This document shows, one piece after another, positions 45,133 through 55,600 of a stretch of DNA of 64,000 nucleotides. Origin of the DNA: Pirellulales bacterium (lineage in GTDB: Bacteria > Planctomycetota > Planctomycetia > Pirellulales > JAICIG01); NCBI GenBank assembly GCA_040901675.1, contig JBBDYJ010000031.1, forward strand, positions 266,103 to 330,102, written 5' to 3'. Every line of letters starts with the position of its first letter. The first letter of the stretch is position 1. The notes under the pieces were generated by a model. It did not search any database, was not told the origin of the DNA, and worked only from the letters and a program-made list of their open reading frames with translations. Both the position numbers and the translations under genes were made by a program.

Positions 45133-46209
45133 ATGCTCAACCGCTGTCCGAAATTGCCCGCGCTGGCCGCCGGCCTGCTGCTGTCGCTCAGCGTCTGCCT
45201 TGCCGGCAGTGCCCCCGGCGAGGAACCCGACCCAGCGGAGGGTGGCCCCTCGGAGCTGCGGATGCATCGCACCCTGGCCAGCCACATGAGCCGGCTGCAC
45301 CTGGGCGTTTACTCCGGCCGCATCACGGCCGTCGCCCGCAGGGCCGGCCGCAGGCTGGAATCGAAACGGCGCAGCGACGATCGCCGCGAGCGCTTGTACA
45401 TCGATCTCTCCAAGGGGGGACCCAAGCTCAGCTACGAGTTGGGAACCGACGAGCTGGTGATCAGCGTGGAGATCGTGCAAGGCAACCACGTGACGGTCCG
45501 GCGCCAGCGGCAAGGCGACTCGAGCTCGCCGGAGCTCGAGCTGAAGCAGCGCGACCACGGGCCACTGACCTTGACCGTGGGCAGCGGCAGCCAACGCAGG
45601 CAGGTGCAAGGGCCGACCCTCTGGCACCTGCTGCTGGCCGAGCCGGAGCCCAGCCGCAAGGAGTTGATTGGCCTGCTCGAGCTCGTCAAGCCTGACTGGC
45701 GCCTGCTGGAAACCACGCTGGCGATCGAGGACGAGCTGTTCGAGCTGGCCGCGTCCAGCCGGCCCGTCGACGGGGAGAACTGGCACCTGCTGGTCGAGCA
45801 GCTCGGCAGCGATTCATTCAGCGAACGGCAGTCGGCCGAGCGCAAGCTGCGCACCTTGGGAAAGGAAGCGCTCCCGTTCCTGGCAAGCCTGGACCGCCGC
45901 CCGCTCGATGCCGAGCAGCAGTTTCGCGTCCGGTCGATCATCCAGTCGATGGCCGGACCCGACGGCGACGACACACCCTACAGCGTGGCGGCCTGGACAT
46001 TGGCCGATCCCAACATCTGGTACCGGCTGCTCGATCACGCGGACGAGTCGCGCCGGCGAATCGCGGCCGGGCGTCTGACCGAATTGCTGGGCCAGCCGTT
46101 GGATTACGAACCGGCCGCCCCGCCGCACGAGCGGCGAGTCCAACTCGAACGGCTCAAAGCGCGGATGGCCAAGCTGGGGTCGCAGACCACATTGCCCCAT
46201 GGCGACTGA
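45133..46209 (+). CDS. Secreted hypothetical protein with a HEAT-like segment
   Basis: RBS gaggagg; signal peptide; 'LVEQLGSDSFSERQSAERKL'. Confidence 0.75.
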   Translation: MLNRCPKLPALAAGLLLSLSVCLAGSAPGEEPDPAEGGPSELRMHRTLASHMSRLHLGVYSGRITAVARRAGRRLESKRRSDDRRERLYIDLSKGGPKLSYELGTDELVISVEIVQGNHVTVRRQRQGDSSSPELELKQRDHGPLTLTVGSGSQRRQVQGPTLWHLLLAEPEPSRKELIGLLELVKPDWRLLETTLAIEDELFELAASSRPVDGENWHLLVEQLGSDSFSERQSAERKLRTLGKEALPFLASLDRRPLDAEQQFRVRSIIQSMAGPDGDDTPYSVAAWTLADPNIWYRLLDHADESRRRIAAGRLTELLGQPLDYEPAAPPHERRVQLERLKARMAKLGSQTTLPHGD

Positions 46210-46284
46210 TCAGCGATTCCCCCCCCCCGGCAGCCCTTTTCTGGTCCTACGCATCCTTCCTCCTGCTGCCTTCATCCTTCAGCA

Positions 46285-48114
46285 TCAGTCCCACCACCAG
46301 GCGGTGCGAGGCGTGCCGGCGGGGCGCGATCGCGAGCGTTCGCTGTCCAGCTTGCCAAGCCGGTCGACTTCGACGCCGCCGGGCTCGACGATCGACGAAG
46401 CGTCGACGCGCACTCCGCCGCTGACTGCGGCCAGAATGTGCTTCTTGTTGACCACCCGATGATTGACCACCGAATCCACCGTCCGGCTGGGACGCGCCGC
46501 CGCGACGACGAACTGGTCCGCGTCGCCAAAGCACAGCATCCGCCAACCGGCCCGGTCGCTTAGTCCTTCGCTCTTGAGCAAGGCCGACACCAGCGCCAGA
46601 TCGAACACGTTCTGCAGCTCGGCGTAGACCGGATACTTGGCTGCCAGCGCCGCGAAGTGCTTCGTAAAGCGATGGGCGAACTCCTGGGCCAGCTCGTCCG
46701 ACTTGCCCGTCGCCACCCGCTTGCCTTCGGCCGTGAGCAGCTCATTTTCGCTCAGCACCTTGACCCCCTGGCCTCGCACCTCGAACACGTCGCGCTGGGG
46801 GCTGCCCCGCAAGGCCTGATAGTTGAGCGTAAACCAGAGGCGCAGCACGCCGAGCGGCGGCGGCTGGCGGCCGGCGGGAACCTGGACCAGATCCAGGTAG
46901 CTGGGCACGTCGAGCGTGCCTTCTTCCAGGCCGAGTCCGACCAGCTTCATGTGGTAGTCGGCCTCGACCAGAATCCGCGCCACGCGGCTGGCGGCGTCGA
47001 TGCCGAACACTTTGACGTTCTGCGGTCCCAAGGCATCGCGCAGTTTCGATACCCATTGCTTGGCCTGCCCCGGCTTGAGCGCGGCCGACGACTGATCGAG
47101 GAACGACTGGGCGTTGGCCAGTCCTTCGCGGGTGGGGTCGATCGAGCAGCCGAACAGCCCATCCGGCGAGCCTTCGTAGTGCCGCAGCAGCAGCACCAGG
47201 TCCTCCAGCCGCACCAGCGGCCGACCCGTCTCGGCCGACACCAGGCGGTTCTCACGGTCGCGGGTCCAGTCGCCGGCGGGCCCTGCCAGCACAATATCGC
47301 CCGACTCCGGATAAACGAGGATGTACTGAATCCGCTGCAGCCCCGCCATGACCATCATCTCCTCGTCGAGCGGGCTGCCCGAAGCCAGCCGCAACTGGAC
47401 TTCGCGTTCCAGCCGCGGTAGCGAGACCTTCCTCAGCGGCGAAGGCTGCCGGACCTGCCCGTTGGCGCCGGCGATCCGGGCACGTTGCCGCAAGCTCGAC
47501 AATTCATTGCCACCCTCGGTGCGGACAACCGGCCGCATCAGGCCCAGGGCGTCGACCCGCACGCCTCCTTCGAACTCCTGGATGGCACCGGGGCCGCCTA
47601 CGTCGTCCCAGCTCGTCGGCGCGATCGTCGAAGTGATCAACTCGATCAGCGAATCGAAATCCGGTTCCACCGCGCCGCCCCGCGCGCCGGCCGGTTGGCC
47701 CGTGCCGCCGCCGCCCGTGCCGCCGCGGACTGGCTGGTCCGATCCGGTGACGCCCTCAATGGCCCGGCTGCGGACCAGGTCGTCGCGGATTTCGGCCACA
47801 GTGGCAAACGAGGCGCCCGCCGCTCCGGAGCGGGCCTGGGCCAAGGCAATCGACTCAAACCACTGGTCGCGCTCTCGCGGCTGCTCGAGGTTGCCGGCCA
47901 GCTCGAAGGCCGGCGCGAACTCTCCCGCGGCAAGCTGCTCGGCCAGCAGATCGGCTCCTTCGGCAACAGGCTCGCCGGCTAGGAGGCTGCCGGATAGGAG
48001 GGCCGACGCCAAGACAAGAACGACACCGACGCTTGCTCGACACACTATCATCGCACCGGCGAAGTGCCGGCGCCGCGGCTGGGAAGTTACGCGGCTTGGG
48101 ATTTGGCAGGCCAT
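46285..48114 (-). CDS. DUF1598 domain protein
   Basis: LRKVSLPRLE, GCSIDPT, ARILVEADYHMKL, YAELQNVFDLAL, SGGV, terminal WWWD. Confidence 0.85.
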   Translation of the reverse strand: MACQIPSRVTSQPRRRHFAGAMIVCRASVGVVLVLASALLSGSLLAGEPVAEGADLLAEQLAAGEFAPAFELAGNLEQPRERDQWFESIALAQARSGAAGASFATVAEIRDDLVRSRAIEGVTGSDQPVRGGTGGGGTGQPAGARGGAVEPDFDSLIELITSTIAPTSWDDVGGPGAIQEFEGGVRVDALGLMRPVVRTEGGNELSSLRQRARIAGANGQVRQPSPLRKVSLPRLEREVQLRLASGSPLDEEMMVMAGLQRIQYILVYPESGDIVLAGPAGDWTRDRENRLVSAETGRPLVRLEDLVLLLRHYEGSPDGLFGCSIDPTREGLANAQSFLDQSSAALKPGQAKQWVSKLRDALGPQNVKVFGIDAASRVARILVEADYHMKLVGLGLEEGTLDVPSYLDLVQVPAGRQPPPLGVLRLWFTLNYQALRGSPQRDVFEVRGQGVKVLSENELLTAEGKRVATGKSDELAQEFAHRFTKHFAALAAKYPVYAELQNVFDLALVSALLKSEGLSDRAGWRMLCFGDADQFVVAAARPSRTVDSVVNHRVVNKKHILAAVSGGVRVDASSIVEPGGVEVDRLGKLDSERSRSRPAGTPRTAWWWD

Positions 48115-48279
48115 GTCGACCCTCCTCTCTGTTCTCAAGAGTCAATAGCCAGCCCATAGCGTCCCAAAAACCTCCCCGGCAAGTCAAGCAAAATGTGGGT
48201 GGAAAATCAGCCGCAGCGCCGCGGTTCTTGGTATCCTGGCTCCGATAGCGTCGGAGTTGCCAGCCAAAGAGATCGGCCA

Positions 48280-50886
48280 ATGCGATCGGCTTATATTCTT
48301 GGGGCCGTTTGGATCCTGACCGCCACTCTCCAGTGGGCGAGTTTCGCACACGCGCAGACTGGCCGGCTGTCGGTCCGGGTTGTCGACAACGAGACGGGCG
48401 AACCGATGGCGGCCCGGCTGGCCCTGCAGGCGTCCGACGGCACCTGGCCCGGCGATCGGCTGGGCTGCTCCGCGGCGCGATGGCCCCATATCGAAGCGCA
48501 TGGAGTGTTCATTCCAGGACAGCAAACATTCGAGCTGCCGGCCGGCCGGACCTCGATCCTGGCCGCACACGGCCTGGAATATCGCCCGGCTTCGCAAGTG
48601 GTCGACGTCCGCTCTGGCGAGCCGGCCCAGGTCGAGCTGCGGCTGGCGCGCGTGGCGAACATGCGCGAGGCCGGCTGGGTAGCGGGCGATATCCACGTTC
48701 ACATGGTGCACGGCGAAAACGAGCGGCAAACCAGCTACCAGGAAATCGCCACGGCCTGTGCCGCCAACGGGCTCGATTTTGTCTATGTGGGACAGGAGTA
48801 CGTCGGGGCCGGCCAGTTGGACCTCGCCGGGTACGAGGCCGAGTGCCGCAAAGTTTCAACCGGCGGCTTCCAGATGTTTTTGGGGGGCGAGCGGCCCAAG
48901 AGCCTGCTGGGGCACCAGGCCCTCTTCGGCGTGCCCAACCCGTTTCTGATCGCCGAGGACCCGCCTTACTTCCGCTCCGCACGCAAGGTGCATGCCGAGG
49001 GGGGTGCACTCGTCTACGTCCACCCGGTGCGTTACTATCCGGGCCGGCAGTGGCAGGGGAAATGGCTCGACTTTCCGGGGAACAATCTGGCCCGTGAGTT
49101 GATTTTCGATGCCTATGCCGGCCCTTCGTTCGATGGCCTCAGCGTACTGAGCGACGAGCCCGCCAACGATGCCGCCTATCAGCTCTGGTTCAACCTGCTC
49201 AACCGGGGCTTCTTCGTGCCGGTGTTTGCCGACAGCGACGCCTGTTTCGATCGTGCTTTTCTGGGACTCAAGGCGCCTGGTTTCTGGACCACCTACTTTC
49301 ACGTGGGACCAGGCGGCCGAATCGACCGTGAGTCGCTGGTTGCGGCCGTTCGCGGCGGCCGGACCATTGCCACCACGGGGCCGCTCTTACAGTTTCAGAT
49401 CGACGGCCAGGTCAGCGGCGGCACGCTGGCGCCGGACGGCAAACCGCACACGGTCACGATCGAAGCCCGCGCGCCGCAGCACGCTTTCAGCCTTCAGACC
49501 ACGGCTGCCGGAGGCGAGCCGTACGGCATCGCCCGCGTCGAGCTGATTCGCAATGGGCAGGTGATCGAGACCTGGCAGCCGCGTACACCTGAGGTGCGGA
49601 TCGAGCACACGATCACCGAGGCCGAAACGGCCTGGTACGTGGCGCGGGTGTTCGGCAGCGACGAGCGGTGGCAGGTGGCGGTTGCCAGCCCGATCTACTT
49701 TGCCCAAGAGCCCCTCGGCGCCAAGCGACAACCGCTTACGGCCCGCGTGCGAGGACGCATTTACGACTTCGCTACCGGCCAGCCGCGCAAGGGCCAGGTG
49801 CAAATCCGTTACGACGACCAGGTGCTCAAGCGTTTCGAGGCCGACGGCCGCTTCCAGGTCGATATGCCGATCGATGCCCAGATTGTCGTGGATGCGGCCG
49901 GTTTCCGGCCGCTTGGCAAGAATCTGCTGATGGACTATGGCCCGGTCCACAGGTTCCTCTGGTACCTCCAGAGCGAGGATCTGGGCAAAACGGAAACGCT
50001 CGACATGTTCGAGCTTTTGATGCGGTCCGTCGACCTCGAGTTTCCTTTGGGCTATCGGATGCCCGGCTGCTACTTCGTCGATGTGGCTTCCACGAGCCGA
50101 CCGGCCGGCGGCAATCCTTTTGAGTCGGTCCGTGTGCTGGGCGGCCCTGAGAAAGTGGCCAACGGTACGGTCGCGCTAGCCTCGATCCTCCTGGACTGCG
50201 AGCGGGTGAGCCCGGGCGATACGATCCATGCGGCGGCGATCTTCCGCGACGAGGGGAGCGCCGGCCAGGTGGGCCCGCTGGTGGTCGAAGCCCGCGGCTA
50301 CGATCCTTCGCGGCCGACCGCCTACGGAGCGCTGAAAAAGTTCGCCGAATTTGAGAAGACCTGGGACGCGGCCATCGACCTGGGCGATGGTTACCGGCTG
50401 GTGACCGGCGAGCTGGCGGTGCCCGAATGGGTCGAGCCCGGACCGACCGGCGCCGTCGACATCTCCGCCCGCGCCCGGCACGCCGGCGGACATGCCACGT
50501 TTGCCGCCCTGCAGATTCCGCTGGGTCCAACGCGGCGGGTGATCAGCCTTTCGTCCGGATGGCCCGCGATGCCTCTCTCCTGGCCCGACGGCAACTACGG
50601 CCTGGGCCCGCTCAAGATCACCAACCGCAATGGCCGCGAGGGGGCGCCAAAGTCCGACTACCGCCAACTGCACCTTCAAATCAAAGTCGCCGGTGAATCG
50701 CTCGACGTGCTGCCGGTCCGCGATGGTCGAGGCTGCCCGGACGCCGACGATGCGGTCTTCACGGGCCATTTCTTCGACCAGGTCCTCTCGGACGAGTCGC
50801 ACCTTGCCCAGCGCCCCACGATCCGTGAGCAACCCGAGGTGAGCTGGGCCGGCATCCCGGTTATTGATGCCAGCGGTGTACGGTAA
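48280..50886 (+). CDS. Secreted PHP-fold metallohydrolase (CehA/McbA-like) with a long C-terminal extension
   Basis: HGLEY, GWVAGDIHVH, YVHP, WFNLLNRGF, ADSDAC, GRTIATTGPLL, WYVAR. Confidence 0.8.
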   Translation: MRSAYILGAVWILTATLQWASFAHAQTGRLSVRVVDNETGEPMAARLALQASDGTWPGDRLGCSAARWPHIEAHGVFIPGQQTFELPAGRTSILAAHGLEYRPASQVVDVRSGEPAQVELRLARVANMREAGWVAGDIHVHMVHGENERQTSYQEIATACAANGLDFVYVGQEYVGAGQLDLAGYEAECRKVSTGGFQMFLGGERPKSLLGHQALFGVPNPFLIAEDPPYFRSARKVHAEGGALVYVHPVRYYPGRQWQGKWLDFPGNNLARELIFDAYAGPSFDGLSVLSDEPANDAAYQLWFNLLNRGFFVPVFADSDACFDRAFLGLKAPGFWTTYFHVGPGGRIDRESLVAAVRGGRTIATTGPLLQFQIDGQVSGGTLAPDGKPHTVTIEARAPQHAFSLQTTAAGGEPYGIARVELIRNGQVIETWQPRTPEVRIEHTITEAETAWYVARVFGSDERWQVAVASPIYFAQEPLGAKRQPLTARVRGRIYDFATGQPRKGQVQIRYDDQVLKRFEADGRFQVDMPIDAQIVVDAAGFRPLGKNLLMDYGPVHRFLWYLQSEDLGKTETLDMFELLMRSVDLEFPLGYRMPGCYFVDVASTSRPAGGNPFESVRVLGGPEKVANGTVALASILLDCERVSPGDTIHAAAIFRDEGSAGQVGPLVVEARGYDPSRPTAYGALKKFAEFEKTWDAAIDLGDGYRLVTGELAVPEWVEPGPTGAVDISARARHAGGHATFAALQIPLGPTRRVISLSSGWPAMPLSWPDGNYGLGPLKITNRNGREGAPKSDYRQLHLQIKVAGESLDVLPVRDGRGCPDADDAVFTGHFFDQVLSDESHLAQRPTIREQPEVSWAGIPVIDASGVR

Positions 50887-50905
50887 GGAACAGTAAGGAC
50901 GGGCA

Positions 50906-52273
50906 ATGAACCAGAGAGCCGACCATGGCCGAAATATGGACAAGGATGTATCGGTGGGAGGAGGTCCGGTGAGGCAGTGCCGTGACCGCATTGTGGCCGC
51001 CGGCCTGCTGGTTGCCTGCTTGATAGCCGCGGGCTCCAGGGCCTCCGCCGAAGATTGGCCGCACTGGCGCGGGCCACAGCGCAATGGTGTCGTGGCCGAG
51101 CACTCCGGATTCAAGGGGGGCACGTGGCCGGCGGGCGAGGCGGCCTGGAACAAGAACGTGGGCCAGGGCTCCAGCTCGCCGCTGGTCGTGGCGGGCCGGC
51201 TATATACCATGGGCTGGCGGGACGGCCGCGACACGCTGCTCTGCCTGGACGCGGCGACTGGCAACGAAATCTGGCACCAATCGTACCCCTGCCCGCGGTT
51301 TGGCCGCCGTGCCATGGGCGACGAGGGGCTCTACTCAGGTCCGCAGTCGACGCCGGAATACGATGCCGCCACCAGGCTTCTCTATACGCTGAGCATCGAC
51401 GGCGACCTGAACTGCTGGGACACCGCCACGCAGGGCCGCAAAGCCTGGGGGCTGAACCTCTACCAGCAATATGATGTGCCGCGGCGGCCCCAGCATCGCC
51501 GTTCGGGGCACAGAGACTACGGCTACACGACGTCGGCGCTGGTGCAGGGCGAGTGGCTCATCGTGGAAGTGGGAGACGACGAAGGCACGCTGATGGCCTT
51601 CGACAAGCGCAGCGGAAGCCGCGTGTGGACCAGCGAGTGCAAGGATCCGGCGGGCCACACCGGCGGGCCCGTGCCGATCACGGTCGAAGGCGTGCCCTGC
51701 GTTGCGGTGCTCACTTACCAGGGTCTGCTCGTGGCGCGGCTCGATGCGGGAAACGAAGGCCGCACGGTTGCCACGTACGAGTGGAGCACCGACTTTGCCA
51801 ACAACATCGCCACGCCGGCCGTGCACCGCAACTCGGTATTGATCACTTCCGGCTACAATCGCAACGCGATCTGCCGGATCGACGTCAGCCTGGCCGGTGC
51901 GCGCAAAGTCTGGGAGCAGCCGCTGCACTCGAAGATTTGCAGTCCGGTCGTTCACCAGGGGCACGTCTACTGGTCCTGGCAGAAAGTACACTGTCTCGAC
52001 TTCGCGACGGGGCAACCGCGCTGGTCGGGGGGTAACTTCGGCGACGCCGGGTCGTGCCTTATTACCGCCGACGGCAAGCTGATCGTGTGGGGCAACCGCG
52101 GCATGCTGGCCCTGGTCGAGACGGCCGCCGCATCGCCGGCCAAGTACCAGGAGCTGGCCCGGCGCACGAACGTCTTCTCCAGCGACGTCTGGCCGCACGT
52201 CGTGCTCTCGGGCCGGCGGCTGTACTTGAAGGACCGCGACGGCAACCTGAAGTGCTTCGTGCTGAAAGATTGA
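50906..52273 (+). CDS. PQQ-like beta-propeller protein (BamB-like)
   Basis: DWPHWRGPQRNG, GSSSPLV, CLDAATGNEIW, AFDKRSG..VW; start uncertain. Confidence 0.88.
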   Translation: MNQRADHGRNMDKDVSVGGGPVRQCRDRIVAAGLLVACLIAAGSRASAEDWPHWRGPQRNGVVAEHSGFKGGTWPAGEAAWNKNVGQGSSSPLVVAGRLYTMGWRDGRDTLLCLDAATGNEIWHQSYPCPRFGRRAMGDEGLYSGPQSTPEYDAATRLLYTLSIDGDLNCWDTATQGRKAWGLNLYQQYDVPRRPQHRRSGHRDYGYTTSALVQGEWLIVEVGDDEGTLMAFDKRSGSRVWTSECKDPAGHTGGPVPITVEGVPCVAVLTYQGLLVARLDAGNEGRTVATYEWSTDFANNIATPAVHRNSVLITSGYNRNAICRIDVSLAGARKVWEQPLHSKICSPVVHQGHVYWSWQKVHCLDFATGQPRWSGGNFGDAGSCLITADGKLIVWGNRGMLALVETAAASPAKYQELARRTNVFSSDVWPHVVLSGRRLYLKDRDGNLKCFVLKD

Positions 52274-52287
52274 CCAGTGGGGCCGCC

Positions 52288-54150
52288 ATGGGATCAGTCA
52301 CCGCGGAGTTCGAGCTGGAGCTAGCGCGGCTGCGGGCCCGGTTCCCGGCGGATCCGCGGGCCGAGCTGCTGCGGCTCTTCCTGATAGCGCTGGAGCGGGA
52401 AGAGCTGGTTTCGGTCGGCTACCGTGAGTCGCTGATGGTCGAACGTCTGAACCAGATGCCGCTGCCGGACGGCGTGCGCGAGCTCGTTCGCCACGCGCTG
52501 ATTTGGATCTGGAAAGACGAGGAAATGCACTCGATCTATATCCGCGGCGCCATCCTCCGCTTGGGCAACGCGCGTCTGCGGACCCAGGCGCTTTTGACGC
52601 AGGCGGCAGGAGGACTGGGCGGTTGGGCCAGCTCGGTGCTGCAGCACAGCCGCTGGCGGCGAGCGCCTCTTTCGCGGCTGGCGGCCTCGGCGATCGCGGC
52701 CGGCGGGAAGCTGCTCGGCAAGGTGCCGAAGGAAGTTCGCCACCATCTCAAGTATGGTCCGTTTCGCGATTTTTGCCTGTTCAACGTCGAGGCTGAGCAG
52801 ACCGCCGCCATCTGCTGGCGGCGGATTGCCCAGCTCGCCGCTGGCCAGTCGGAGTTCGACGAGCGGTTGCTGGGCGACTTCCGCCGCGTTGCCGAAGATG
52901 AAGACCGCCACGAGCGCATCTTCCGGGTCATGGCCGAGGCCCTGGATGACCAGGACCGCCTGGCGGACGGATTCAGCGCCCAGCTCCTTGCCGAACGGAT
53001 CGGCGAGGTCGGCGAAGCGTTCCTGCCCCGCTCGTTTCGCGGCATTTCGGCCGCGGAGAATCCGTTGGGCAGCGGAGGACGGGTCTGGTCGTTGCGGGGC
53101 AACTCGATTGATGAAAAACTCGGCCTGTTCGGACGGCTGCTCCGAGAGTCGGACCTGCGCGAATGCATTGCGGTCCGAGCCGCGCGCCTGGGCAAGCCGG
53201 TCGGACAGATGCGGGTCGTCGTCAAGCCCACCTTCATGTTGGGTTACAGCCGCCGCGACCGCTCGCCCATCACGGATCCCTCCCTGCTGGCCGAGTTGTG
53301 CCGTTTTTTACGCGAGGAAGTCGCCTGCGCGGACGTGGCCGTGCTCGAGGGGCCTAATATCTACGACCGCTTCTTTCACCATCGCTCCGTTGAGAGCGTC
53401 GCCGAATACTTCGGCATCCGTTCACCGCATTTTCGGGTCGTCGACGCGTCGCGCGACCAGGTTGCGCATGCCTATCGGCGGGGGATGGCCCAGTACACGG
53501 TGGCGCGGACCTGGAAAGAGGCCGACTTCCGCATCTCGTTTCCCAAGTTGCGGAGCCATCCGATCGAGCTGGCGCTGCTGGCGATCGGCAACGCGGAATG
53601 GGTGGGCGGCCGCTGCGACGAGTTCCTTTTCATCGAGCGGCAAGCGAGCCGGGCCACCGCGGTCATGATGCTGCTCGACGAGTTTCCGCCCCATTTTGCG
53701 ATGATCGACGGCTACGAAGACGCGCCGGACGGCCTGGTCGGAGTGATGGGCTGCGCACGGCCGAGACGGCCGCTTCGATTCTACGCCGGTGCCGATGCGC
53801 TGGCCGTCGATATGCTGGCTGCCCGGCACTTGGGGATCGCCGATCCGCGCGAGTCGAGCCTGCTGCAGGCGGCTTTCCACTGGTTTGGAGGATGGTCGCG
53901 GCAGGTCGAAGTCATCGGATGCGACGAGCCCATTCGCGACTGGCGCGGACCCTATTCGAACGAGCTGTGGGCGCTGCTGAGCCTCTTGGCCTGGCCCGTT
54001 TACATGATGGGCAGCGGCCGCGGCCGCTTGTTCGTGCCCGAGATGGATGCCCAGGCCTTCCCTTCGATCGACCGCGAGGGCCTGCTCCTGCGGCTCGCGC
54101 GGCAAGCCGTCCGCCGGCTGCTCGGTCTGAAACTTCGCCCGCACCATTGA
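52288..54150 (+). CDS. Ferritin-like diiron domain fused to a DUF362 domain
   Basis: EREE, DEEMH, EAE and DEDRH in the N-terminal helices; then VVVKPTF..G, ITDP, ADFRISFPKLRSH, MIDG and DALAVD. Confidence 0.75.
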   Translation: MGSVTAEFELELARLRARFPADPRAELLRLFLIALEREELVSVGYRESLMVERLNQMPLPDGVRELVRHALIWIWKDEEMHSIYIRGAILRLGNARLRTQALLTQAAGGLGGWASSVLQHSRWRRAPLSRLAASAIAAGGKLLGKVPKEVRHHLKYGPFRDFCLFNVEAEQTAAICWRRIAQLAAGQSEFDERLLGDFRRVAEDEDRHERIFRVMAEALDDQDRLADGFSAQLLAERIGEVGEAFLPRSFRGISAAENPLGSGGRVWSLRGNSIDEKLGLFGRLLRESDLRECIAVRAARLGKPVGQMRVVVKPTFMLGYSRRDRSPITDPSLLAELCRFLREEVACADVAVLEGPNIYDRFFHHRSVESVAEYFGIRSPHFRVVDASRDQVAHAYRRGMAQYTVARTWKEADFRISFPKLRSHPIELALLAIGNAEWVGGRCDEFLFIERQASRATAVMMLLDEFPPHFAMIDGYEDAPDGLVGVMGCARPRRPLRFYAGADALAVDMLAARHLGIADPRESSLLQAAFHWFGGWSRQVEVIGCDEPIRDWRGPYSNELWALLSLLAWPVYMMGSGRGRLFVPEMDAQAFPSIDREGLLLRLARQAVRRLLGLKLRPHH

Positions 54151-54166
54151 TCGCCGGAAAACCCGC

Positions 54167-55600
54167 ATGGCAAACCGGCGCAGTGTCGCGGTCGTGGGGG
54201 CCGGGGTCGGCGGACTGGCCGCCGCGGCCCTGCTGGCGCGGCACGGTTTCGATGTCCAGGTATTCGAGGCCCGCGGCGGTCCGGGCGGGCTGGCTTCGGC
54301 CTACGAGGTGGAGGGATTTCGATTCGATGCGGGGCCGTATATTCTGCTGGACCGGCCGGGGTTGGAGTGGGTGTTCAGCCGCTTGGAATGCGATCTCGGC
54401 GCGCACGTCCAATTGCGGCGGATCGAACGGGTGTACGAGGTAAGCGGACCGGAGACTTCGCCGGTTGAAATCGACGACTCACTGGACGCGACGGCTGAGC
54501 GGATCGAGCGGGCCTGGCCCTCGCACGGCCGCCGCTACCAAGACTTCGTCGAGCGGATGTGGCGGATCTATGGCCGGCTGCAGCCTCTGCAGCGGGTTTC
54601 GGCTCCCCATGCCGTCGAGCTGGCGCGGGTCGGCGGTTGGCGAAGCATTGCGTTTCTCCTGCGGTCCTTGCGGTCGGTGCTCAAGGGCACGGGGCTGCCT
54701 GGTCCCGTGCAGCACGCCATCGGAATCTGGACGCACGTGGCGGGCCAGAACTTGCGCCGCGCTCCATCGCCGCTGGCACTGGTCTCGGCGTTGATCCACC
54801 ATGCCGGGGCCTGGTATCCGGCGCGGGGGATCGGGCAAGTGGCCGAAAGCCTGGCCAAGATCGCCGCCGAATCCGGCGTCCGATTCCACTACAACACGGC
54901 GGTCGCGGCCATCGTGTGCCGCGGACGAAAGGCGCAAGGCGTGCGGACCAGCGATGGCAGCTTCGTGCCGGCGGATGCCGTGGTTGCCAACTCGCACGGA
55001 GTCGGCACCTACCTGGAACTGCTCGATTCCGATGCCAGCCCGCTTCCGCGCCGCACCCGCCGTTGGCTCGAGCGGCTGCCGCTGCAATCGCCCGGAATTT
55101 GCATCTATTTGGCGGTCAAGGGACGCACGCCGTCCCCTTACCTGCGGTTTCACTTGCCCGGCGGCAACCGGCTGTGCCGCCTGCTGATTACTCCCTCCAA
55201 CTTGTCGGAGCCGGGCGCCGCTGACGAGCCGTCATGGTGGCCAGCGCGGCTGCTGGCGCCGATGAGCCAGGACGAGGCGGAATCGGCGGGGTCATCCGCC
55301 GCATGCGATCACCGGGACCGCGTGCTCTCCGAGACGTGGTGGCAAGAATGCGTGCCGGAGCACCGGGTGCTCGCGGTTCGGCTGCCTGCGGATTGGGGGC
55401 GCGACTTTCACCTGTACCGCAACAGCATGAACCCGGCGATGACGGCCAGTTTCATGCGGGCGGGCCGGTTAAGGCACCGAAGCCCCTACGTCGGCGGACT
55501 GTACCTGGCGGGCAGCTCGACGCATCCTGGCCAATGGGTCAGCTTCTGCGCGGTTTCGGGCATTCTGGCGGCCGATTGCCTGCGAGAGGATTTTGGCTGA
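54167..55600 (+). CDS. Phytoene-desaturase (CrtI)-like FAD oxidoreductase
   Basis: VVGAGVGGLAAA, FEAR..PGG, GFRFDAGP, WYP.RGI, GLYLAGSSTHPG. Confidence 0.85.
   Translation: MANRRSVAVVGAGVGGLAAAALLARHGFDVQVFEARGGPGGLASAYEVEGFRFDAGPYILLDRPGLEWVFSRLECDLGAHVQLRRIERVYEVSGPETSPVEIDDSLDATAERIERAWPSHGRRYQDFVERMWRIYGRLQPLQRVSAPHAVELARVGGWRSIAFLLRSLRSVLKGTGLPGPVQHAIGIWTHVAGQNLRRAPSPLALVSALIHHAGAWYPARGIGQVAESLAKIAAESGVRFHYNTAVAAIVCRGRKAQGVRTSDGSFVPADAVVANSHGVGTYLELLDSDASPLPRRTRRWLERLPLQSPGICIYLAVKGRTPSPYLRFHLPGGNRLCRLLITPSNLSEPGAADEPSWWPARLLAPMSQDEAESAGSSAACDHRDRVLSETWWQECVPEHRVLAVRLPADWGRDFHLYRNSMNPAMTASFMRAGRLRHRSPYVGGLYLAGSSTHPGQWVSFCAVSGILAADCLREDFG

Noticed and set aside
54167..55600. Assigning the symbol crtI
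   Set aside because: The C-terminal motif is divergent and no carotenoid synthase is nearby, so only a family-level call is supported.
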